A program made the translations under genes and the position numbers. The notes under the pieces were generated by a model. It was not told the DNA's origin. It made no database searches and saw nothing but the letters and a program-made list of their open reading frames with translations. A stretch of 36,930 nucleotides of DNA from Dehalococcoidia bacterium. Lineage in GTDB: Bacteria > Chloroflexota > Dehalococcoidia > DSTF01 > JACRBR01. Below are positions 23,821-30,462 of the stretch, one piece after another (the stretch's first letter is position 1; each line of letters opens with the position of its first letter). The stretch spans positions 1-36,930 of the forward strand of contig JBGQBE010000029.1 in NCBI GenBank assembly GCA_041494685.1, given 5' to 3'.

Positions 23821-26748
23821 TCAGGCCTCCAGCCGGAAGCCCTGCCCGCGCAGCGTGATGATGTACGACCGCTCGCCACCGGCCTGCACGATGCGCTCCC
23901 GGACGCGACGGACGAGCGCGTCAAGCGCCTCTTCGGAGACGCCCTCGGCGTGGGCGTCGGGCCAGACGTGCAGCACTAGCTCCTCGCGGCCCACAACTTT
24001 GCCGGCGCGCTCGTACAGGTACAGCAGCAACCGGAACTGCTCGTTCGAAAGCGGCGGCCGCGCCTCGACGCCCTTCACGTACACCCGCCGCGTCTCAGTG
24101 TCGATGCGCAGCACCGGAGGCCCCTTGGGCGCGCTCACAGGCTCCTGCGGCGCCAGCGGCTCCGCACGGGGCGCTGCGGGCACGTCCGGAGGCGGCTCCG
24201 CTTGCTGAACGGCCGCTTCCGGGCGCCTCGCCCGCCGCCGGCGGTACAGCGTGTGGCCACCGCCCGCGACCGCGAGCGCCAGCGCCGCCGGCACGCCGAT
24301 CGCCACCGCGAGCAGCGGCAAGCCGCCGCCGTCGCCGCTCGCCGGCGCGGGCGCCTCGACGGGCGTCGGCACGGCCGTCGAGGCGGTGACGGTGTCGCCC
24401 TGCACGGTAACGGAGAGCGGCGCGGACGCGAGGGCGCCCACTGCGGCGGTAGCGGTGTAGTGGCCGGGGCCGGCGGCTGTCAGCTGCGCGCCCGCCAGGC
24501 CGTCGACCGTCGACACGGTGGCGGCGCTCGACGCGCCATCGTCCTTCACCAGCCGGAACGAGACGGACGTGCCGTCAGCAACCGGGTTACCGTTGCGATC
24601 GAGGATCGGCCCGGCGACGACGCCCAGCACACGCGTGTCGCGCACGGCGTCGGACGGCTGCCCGAAGATCTGCACAGCGATCGACCGCGCCGGGTCCGGC
24701 TGTGTAGCGTCGGCCACGTCGTAGAAGATGCCGCTCACGCTGACGGGCGGGTGGCCCTTCGGCGTGACATCGCCGAAGAGCGCACGAAAGCCCGCGTCCA
24801 CCGCCGCGTTGGTCTTGCTATAGACCGCGAAGTACGCGGAGAGCTTGCTCACCTCGGTCGAGTCCAGGTGGTACGGCACGTTGTACGCGATGCCGATCAA
24901 GTTCTTGTTGCGCAGATCGACCGGCGGCGCGTCAAGGAAGCGTTTCACCGCGCCCGACGCGGGGCGCGCGTCCGGGTTGTACTCGGTCAGCGCGAAGATC
25001 AGCCACGCGGCGTCCCCGACGGCCTTCGCGGTCGCTGCGTTCGCGGGGTCTGCGGGCTTCGACAGCCACGCGTCGAGCTCGCCGAAGCTGATCGTGCCGA
25101 CGTCCTCCGGTTTCAGGCGCGCCTTGCCGGCGGGCCCGTAGAGCGCGAGCAGTTCGTTTTGTAGGTCGAGCTTCGACTTCACGCGGTAGGGGTAGCAGTC
25201 GTCCCAACACTCGACGATCAGGACCTTCTCGGGCGAGAGCGGGCCGCGCGGCAACCGCGCGCGCAGATCGGCGACGGTCGGCGGCTGCAGCAGCGTCAGC
25301 GCATCCTCCGCCAGCGCGCGCATCTCGTCGCCACCCTGCCCCGCCGCGGCGCTCGCCGCGGCCGGATCGACGGTCGCCTGGCGCAACGCGAGCTGCGGGT
25401 AGAGCTTCAGCTTCGCGGCGAGCACGCGCCGCACGGCATCGTCGGCGCGGCGGCGGAAATCGGGGTCGGCGGCGTACTGTTGGCGCATGTAGGTGATGCT
25501 GTCCTCGATCACCGGGAGCTGGTTGTCCTTCCAGCCGCGGTGGGCGGGATCCTTGTAGAATTCGACCAGCGGCAGCAGGTCGCTGCCGGCCATCAGGGCG
25601 TCGTGCACGACGGTGCGGTTGGGGAACTCGGCCGCGCCCTGCTCCTGCGCGTACCACTTCTTGATCGCGGGCACGCCCAACGAATCGCTCATCACCAGGT
25701 GGTCCGCACGCCAGCCCGCGAACTCGGGCAGCGCGAGCAGCGTCGTGAACGCCGCCGCGTCGAGCGAGAGTGGGCCCGTGAACGCCGCGCTGCCGCCCGG
25801 CACGAAATTCCGATAGCGGATGTGCGACACCATCATCCCGTCGGCCGTGCCGCCGACGTCCGCAGGGTCGCTGCTGTCGACGCGGGCGAAGGGCGCCAGA
25901 TCCGACGCGCGGAGCTGGTCGAGCGACTTATTGACGGTCGGCACTTCGTTGTCCGTCGAGCGGTCGCTGCCGCCGTGGCCAGGAAAGTGCTTCGCGACGG
26001 TGAGCATGCGCCCGCCGCTCCCATCGTGCACGCCGGCGATGAACGCCCGGCCCAACTCGCCAACCCACGCCGGGTCGCCGCCGAACGAGCGGATGCCGAT
26101 ATCGCCGTTGCCACCGGAGCGCGGGTTCTCGAGCACGTCCACGACCGGCCCCAGCAGCATGTTGATGCCGGCCGCCGACAGTTCCTTGCCGACGATGGCG
26201 CCCGTCGCGCGCGCGTGCGCTTTGCTCCACGTCGCGCCGATGGTCATGTTGTTCGGGATGGCGGTGTAGCCGTTGGTGACGTTGCTGAAGGGGAAGAGGT
26301 CGCCCTCGTTGTCGGTGGCGACGAGGAGCGGCAGGTAGTACTCGCCGCCCCCGGCATCGGTGCGGCGCGTGGCGTCGAATGCGCGTTGTTGCAGGCCGTT
26401 CGTCAGTGCAGCGATCTGCGCCGGCGTATCGCCTCGGTTCACGACGTTGCCGTTGCTGGCGGTGACCAGCACCGCGCCGACCTTGTAGTCGCGGATAAGC
26501 GCTGCGACATCGGACACGTCGGACACGTCGGTGCCGACGAAGTTCACCATCACGAGCTGGCCAACGCGCTCGTCCACGCTGAGCGACGCCATCACGCGAT
26601 CGAGGAACGCGTCGCCGGGTGTCTGCGCCGCCGCGTGCGGCTGCGGCGCCGCCCGCAGGGCGACGCAGGCAGCCGCGGCGATGGCGGCAACGCGAAGCCA
26701 GCCACCGCGGCGGCGCCCTGCACTCGGCGTCATGCGCGGTCGTGCCAT
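23821..26748 (-). CDS. Fusion protein: signal peptide, GH3 (NagZ-like) domains, Ig-like domain, TM helix, OmpR/PhoB-type winged-helix DNA-binding domain
   Basis: ERVGQLVMV, ATDNEG, GINMLLGPVVDV, IGIRSFG, KHFPGHG, MMVSH, MSDSL, ALMAGSD; DRNGNPVADGT.VSF; TM followed by RRRRARR; LSNEQFRLL.YLY...GKVV.REEL...VW...LVRRVRERI...YIITLRGQGFRL. ATG 26748 lies 7 nt after CATAAT. Confidence 0.9.
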   Translation of the reverse strand: MARPRMTPSAGRRRGGWLRVAAIAAAACVALRAAPQPHAAAQTPGDAFLDRVMASLSVDERVGQLVMVNFVGTDVSDVSDVAALIRDYKVGAVLVTASNGNVVNRGDTPAQIAALTNGLQQRAFDATRRTDAGGGEYYLPLLVATDNEGDLFPFSNVTNGYTAIPNNMTIGATWSKAHARATGAIVGKELSAAGINMLLGPVVDVLENPRSGGNGDIGIRSFGGDPAWVGELGRAFIAGVHDGSGGRMLTVAKHFPGHGGSDRSTDNEVPTVNKSLDQLRASDLAPFARVDSSDPADVGGTADGMMVSHIRYRNFVPGGSAAFTGPLSLDAAAFTTLLALPEFAGWRADHLVMSDSLGVPAIKKWYAQEQGAAEFPNRTVVHDALMAGSDLLPLVEFYKDPAHRGWKDNQLPVIEDSITYMRQQYAADPDFRRRADDAVRRVLAAKLKLYPQLALRQATVDPAAASAAAGQGGDEMRALAEDALTLLQPPTVADLRARLPRGPLSPEKVLIVECWDDCYPYRVKSKLDLQNELLALYGPAGKARLKPEDVGTISFGELDAWLSKPADPANAATAKAVGDAAWLIFALTEYNPDARPASGAVKRFLDAPPVDLRNKNLIGIAYNVPYHLDSTEVSKLSAYFAVYSKTNAAVDAGFRALFGDVTPKGHPPVSVSGIFYDVADATQPDPARSIAVQIFGQPSDAVRDTRVLGVVAGPILDRNGNPVADGTSVSFRLVKDDGASSAATVSTVDGLAGAQLTAAGPGHYTATAAVGALASAPLSVTVQGDTVTASTAVPTPVEAPAPASGDGGGLPLLAVAIGVPAALALAVAGGGHTLYRRRRARRPEAAVQQAEPPPDVPAAPRAEPLAPQEPVSAPKGPPVLRIDTETRRVYVKGVEARPPLSNEQFRLLLYLYERAGKVVGREELVLHVWPDAHAEGVSEEALDALVRRVRERIVQAGGERSYIITLRGQGFRLEA

Positions 26749-26842
26749 GTACGAGATTATGCGGCTTCTCAATCGCTATCGATAGCTGCGTCTCATGCGC
26801 CGATCACGAAGGTCCGCGCCCAAGCCAGAGGACACCGACGGC

Positions 26843-27955
26843 TCAGGCGGCGGCGCGCAGGTCGGCGGGGATCAGCGGATGGCCGGCCATCGCGGCGAAG
26901 CGTTCGCCGTAGACGGCGGCGGCGGCGCGTGCAGGCCACTGCGCGAGCGTGAAGCGGGCAAACTCTTCTCCCAGCATGTGCCGCTGGACGGCGGGCAGTG
27001 CGAGCAGGCGGTTGATCGCGCCCACGAAGCCGCGCTCATCGCCCGGTTCGACCAGGAAGCCGCTGCGCTCGTGCGCGAGCACCGCCGTCTCGGTGCCGCC
27101 ATCGGCAACGACCGGCGCGCCACTGACGGCGAGCGCGAGCGTGAGAACGGCACCGGCGTCGGGCGCCGGCTGACGCGACGCAGACGGCACCACGAAGGCG
27201 TCGACGCAACGCGATACGGCCGCCAGCAGGCTGGCGTTGAGCGGGCCGCCCAGCACGCGGAAATCGCCCTGTACGCCGACGGCGCGCAGCATCAGCCGCG
27301 CCTCGCGCAGGCTGTCGACGCCGATCAACAAGCAGAGCGGGCGCGACTCGACCTGCGGCAGTACGACGTCGCGGAACCAGCGGATGTCGTTGCGATTCTC
27401 GGGCCACGGCACGCCCAGGACGAGACGGCCGGGGCGCACACCGCGGAGGGCGCGCGCCACGCGGCGTGCGTCGCCGACTCCGGGCCAGGGCAGTTCATGC
27501 GCCGCCGGTCGCACCTGCGTTGTCAGCAGTCGCGGCGCGCGCTCGCGGAGCACCTGCGCCACAGCCGGATCGGAGACGAACCCTTCGTCAAAGCCGGCGA
27601 TCGCGCGGAAAGCCCAGCGGGACCACGGCGTCGCGCGCTTCCCGTCGCTCTCCGACACCGTGACGCTGACGGGCACGCCGTGGCGGCGCTGCAGCATCGC
27701 CCCGACCGGCGCGAACCGCGCGTCGAGCAGGTGAACCGCCTCGAAGCCCTCGGCAGCGATGGCCCGCGCCGCCCGGCGGTACGCGGACGGGGCGCCGGTC
27801 ATTGGCGACACGGCCGGGACGTGATGGACCTCGACATGGGCGCCCAGCGCGCCGAGCAGCGCGTCGCCGCGCGGCCCGAGGGCATCCCGAAAGGAGCCGA
27901 CGACGACGATGCGCGGGCGCGCTGATGCGGCGGACCGGCCACGAGAGAAGTCCAT
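26843..27955 (-). CDS. GT-B fold, GT4-like glycosyltransferase with a degenerate catalytic motif
   Basis: DAFVVPS...LAVSGAPVVA...ERSGFLVEPGD, but no EX7E glutamates. ATG 27955 lies 5 nt after GATACT. Confidence 0.75.
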   Translation of the reverse strand: MDFSRGRSAASARPRIVVVGSFRDALGPRGDALLGALGAHVEVHHVPAVSPMTGAPSAYRRAARAIAAEGFEAVHLLDARFAPVGAMLQRRHGVPVSVTVSESDGKRATPWSRWAFRAIAGFDEGFVSDPAVAQVLRERAPRLLTTQVRPAAHELPWPGVGDARRVARALRGVRPGRLVLGVPWPENRNDIRWFRDVVLPQVESRPLCLLIGVDSLREARLMLRAVGVQGDFRVLGGPLNASLLAAVSRCVDAFVVPSASRQPAPDAGAVLTLALAVSGAPVVADGGTETAVLAHERSGFLVEPGDERGFVGAINRLLALPAVQRHMLGEEFARFTLAQWPARAAAAVYGERFAAMAGHPLIPADLRAAA

Positions 27956-28047
27956 GAGCCAGTATCGGGCGCGCCGTTCGGCGGGTTCAGTAGGCGTTCC
28001 CCCGACCTCTTGCCGGATCCGCCTGAAGTGGTGTGCGGACGGCGGTC

Positions 28048-28494
28048 CTATCCGCCGTTGGCGGTGCGGGCGGCGGCGCGAAAGTGGTCCTGCACGATGG
28101 CCGCGGCGGCCGCGCGGGCGTAGCCCTGCGTAAGTTCCCGCTGCAGCGTCGTCTCTTCGACCCAGACGCGGCGCTGCCCCAGGGGGCGGTGGTACACGCC
28201 TTCGATCTCGCGGACGCCAAGGCCGTCGGCGTCCAGCTCGTAGCGGATGGAGCGTCCGGAGGGACGGATGCAGAACATGGCGCGCGGCTGGACGCCGCCC
28301 AGCTCGCACTCGATCGTGCAGGTGATGCCCTGTTTCTTCGCGAAGTCGGCGACTTCGCGGAAGCCCGGCTCAATCACGGCCTGGACGAGGCGGCGGAAGC
28401 TTGCGGCCAGCGGCGTGCGCACGCCGATCGTGCCGCGACGCAGCTCGTACGTCTGGCGTGCGTGGAGAATGCGTGCTTTCCAGTCCTCGGACAC
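28048..28494 (-). CDS. Hypothetical protein (148 aa)
   Basis: Coding-like codon usage, co-oriented with neighbours. GTG 28494 follows AGGGGTGG; alternative ATG 28515. Confidence 0.7.
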   Translation of the reverse strand: MSEDWKARILHARQTYELRRGTIGVRTPLAASFRRLVQAVIEPGFREVADFAKKQGITCTIECELGGVQPRAMFCIRPSGRSIRYELDADGLGVREIEGVYHRPLGQRRVWVEETTLQRELTQGYARAAAAAIVQDHFRAAARTANGG

Positions 28495-28546
28495 GATCCC
28501 ACCCCTGATCACCATCGGCCGGGCGGCGCGGCAGGCGCCATTCGGC

Positions 28547-29002
28547 CTACGCCGGCATCGATGCGCCGTCTGCGCCGTCCGCCAGATGAGCCGGCCGCTC
28601 CCCGGTCAGGAGGATCGAGATCTCGGCGGCGTCCGCCGGGTAGCAGAGCAGGCGCGGCACCCAGTGGATCGCCTTCGGCCCCGACCGGGCGAGTCGCTCG
28701 AGGATGCGGTCGCGTGCGGTCTTCGCCGCTTCGTCGTCCTGGTGCGGCAGCAGCACGCCCACCTGGCCTCGGCCAATCAGGCCGGCGAGGTCGGTGCCGC
28801 GGATGGCGGCGGGCACCCGGCCGCAGGCCTCGTCCAGAACCTTCGACGACGAGGACCCGGGCGCCTGTGCGTCCAGAAGCAGCAGCCCGAATGGAGGCCC
28901 GTACCGGGTCGAGCGATTCACTTCGTCCAGCACGCGAAGCCAGAAATACCAGCTCACGTGCAGGCCCGTATTCGCGTCGATCAACACCCACTTGTCGTCC
29001 AT
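28547..29002 (-). CDS. Stand-alone degenerate GGDEF-domain protein with an RxxD I-site
   Basis: IDANTGLH...EVNRSTRYGPPFGLLLLD...IRGTDLAGLIGRGQVGVLLP...A...RDRI. Confidence 0.82.
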   Translation of the reverse strand: MDDKWVLIDANTGLHVSWYFWLRVLDEVNRSTRYGPPFGLLLLDAQAPGSSSSKVLDEACGRVPAAIRGTDLAGLIGRGQVGVLLPHQDDEAAKTARDRILERLARSGPKAIHWVPRLLCYPADAAEISILLTGERPAHLADGADGASMPA

Positions 29003-29122
29003 CACGGGAATTGTCGGCGGCGCGAAGCATCGAGCGCAGCCCGCCAGGGCGGCGCGGCGCCCCGCTTACAGGCATCTGTGAGCCCCGTTGCCCGTGCGCC
29101 GCCGATTGTCTAAGCTCAGGCC

Positions 29123-29434
29123 GTGGAGATTGAGCCCGTCGAAGGCACACCCGTACGATTCCCGCCCGGCCGGGTCGCCATCCGGCTGAACGAGCGGCAT
29201 CGGCGCGCCTACCGGGCGCTCTACGCCCATTACCGCACCGTCCTGGACGGCCTGCCGGTCCTCCGTGAGCGTGACTTCGACGGCCGCGCCGTGAAGGTCA
29301 CGCCGGCACAGCTCGATGCCCTGAACCGGGCGTTCGCGAGTCTCGGGGCGACGAAGCGCCTCCCTGCGAACGTCTTTGACGCGCAGGAGCGGTCGCGCCA
29401 GGGGCTGTTCAAGCGACTCCAGTACCTGTCTTAG
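29123..29434 (+). CDS. Hypothetical protein (103 aa)
   Basis: TAAGCT, 6 nt, GTG (leaderless pattern). Coding-like codon usage. Confidence 0.7.
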   Translation: MEIEPVEGTPVRFPPGRVAIRLNERHRRAYRALYAHYRTVLDGLPVLRERDFDGRAVKVTPAQLDALNRAFASLGATKRLPANVFDAQERSRQGLFKRLQYLS

Positions 29435-29466
29435 TGCTATAGTTAGCATCTGGAAGGAGCCGATTC

Positions 29467-29532
29467 ATGGGCAAGAAGGACAAGGGCGGCCGCGAGACCA
29501 AGAAGCCCAAGCAGAACAAGGACAAGAAGTAA
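29467..29532 (+). CDS. Unannotated 21-aa Lys-rich peptide MGKKDKGGRETKKPKQNKDKK
   Basis: AAGGAG 7 nt before ATG, upstream TGcTATAGT extended -10, every sense codon ends in G/C, TAA stop. Confidence 0.75.
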   Translation: MGKKDKGGRETKKPKQNKDKK

Positions 29533-29672
29533 GGGCCGCAGCGATATTCGTTATGTCGCGCCGCGACCTCCGCGCGCGCCTTCGCGCCTGAAGCGCGCGT
29601 TGCGCTACACTGCGCGTCAAGAACCCTGAGACCCCGCCGCAGCCGGGAGCATCGTCCGAGGGCCCACCGATC

Positions 29673-30134
29673 ATGCCGAATACTGTACCTGCCCAGCTTC
29701 TCGCGGCCATCAAGGGACGCAAGTGGACCTCCGTCGCCCGGTTGTTCGCCAATCCGGTTGATTTCCAGGCGTGGACCCCGACCGGCCACTGGGTGGCCGA
29801 GGACGGCGGCACGGTCGCGAAGATCATCGAAGTCTGGTACACGCCGGGCGCCGGCTCGACCGTGACGTTCAGCAACGAAACCTCGGCCGCGCGCGGCGCC
29901 GCCATGCTGGAATACGAAATGACGTGGAAAGTGCCGCCGGACGACCAGCCGCGCGTGCTGCGTCAGACGTTCCTGATGACTGTGAAAGGCGAAAAGATCA
30001 CCCAGGCCCGCGTGTACTGCGCCGGACTCCACACGGAGTTCCCGGGCGTGGACCTGGAGAAGCAGCGCCGCTCCAAGGGGCTGGCGCTGGGCAAGGGCCC
30101 CGCACCCAAAGCCGTAGCCGCCAAGGCCAGCTGA
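29673..30134 (+). CDS. NTF2/SnoaL-like fold protein
   Basis: N-terminal helix pattern (LLAAIKGRKW..VARLFA..VDF) and C-terminal strands (RQTFLMTVKGEKITQARVYC). Confidence 0.72.
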   Translation: MPNTVPAQLLAAIKGRKWTSVARLFANPVDFQAWTPTGHWVAEDGGTVAKIIEVWYTPGAGSTVTFSNETSAARGAAMLEYEMTWKVPPDDQPRVLRQTFLMTVKGEKITQARVYCAGLHTEFPGVDLEKQRRSKGLALGKGPAPKAVAAKAS

Positions 30135-30157
30135 GTACCAGCAGATTCGCCCAGACG

Positions 30158-30191
30158 CGAACATGCCCTGCCTGGAGGCAGGGCATGTTCG
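30158..30191. terminator. Long hairpin between convergent genes (bidirectional terminator)
   Basis: CGAACATGCCCTGCC-TGGA-GGCAGGGCATGTTCG, perfect 15-bp stem. Confidence 0.8.
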
Positions 30192-30211
30192 ATCCTTGCC
30201 GATAGCGGGGG

Positions 30212-30298
30212 TTAGCCGAAGCCCCACGGCGCGACAGCCACGAAGGCAGTCGCAAGCACAGTGAAGGCCGCCAGGGCAGTTGGGATGAAACGGGACAT
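30212..30298 (-). CDS. Unannotated 28-aa hydrophobic peptide MSRFIPTALAAFTVLATAFVAVAPWGFG (candidate signalling-peptide precursor)
   Basis: GGAGGT 5 nt before ATG 30298, TAA at 30214-30212, terminator hairpin 20 nt downstream, signal-peptide-like layout. Confidence 0.78.
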   Translation of the reverse strand: MSRFIPTALAAFTVLATAFVAVAPWGFG

Positions 30299-30462
30299 CA
30301 GACACCTCCAAGACTCAACACTCTCTGCTGAGGGAGGTATCGGCAGGGATTACCCGTACTGAAGGGTCAGGGGACACCTAATGAGAACATTGCCCCTCGC
30401 ACGGCGACCACACGCACCGGCGCGGACGTGCACCCTGACTCCGAGGCGCGGGATGTGCGGGG

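Noticed and set aside
26843..29002. Pel-like exopolysaccharide operon (PelD/PelF analogy)
   Set aside because: No PelG flippase, PelE/PelA or TM-GAF PelD architecture, and the GT4 lacks its catalytic signature.
30212..30298. Type I toxin or Flp pilin interpretation of the 28-aa peptide
   Set aside because: Disfavoured, not excluded: no charged C-terminal tail, no SD-sequestering leader or evident antisense promoter, and no G/xxxxEY prepilin motif.
29409..30311. 300-aa minus-strand ORF with a Cys-rich start (MEVSDVPFHPNCPGGLHCACDC…), RiPP- or metallothionein-like
   Set aside because: It is an alternative frame over the 28-aa peptide's RBS, runs through a terminator and antisense across the NTF2-like gene, and has no RBS of its own.
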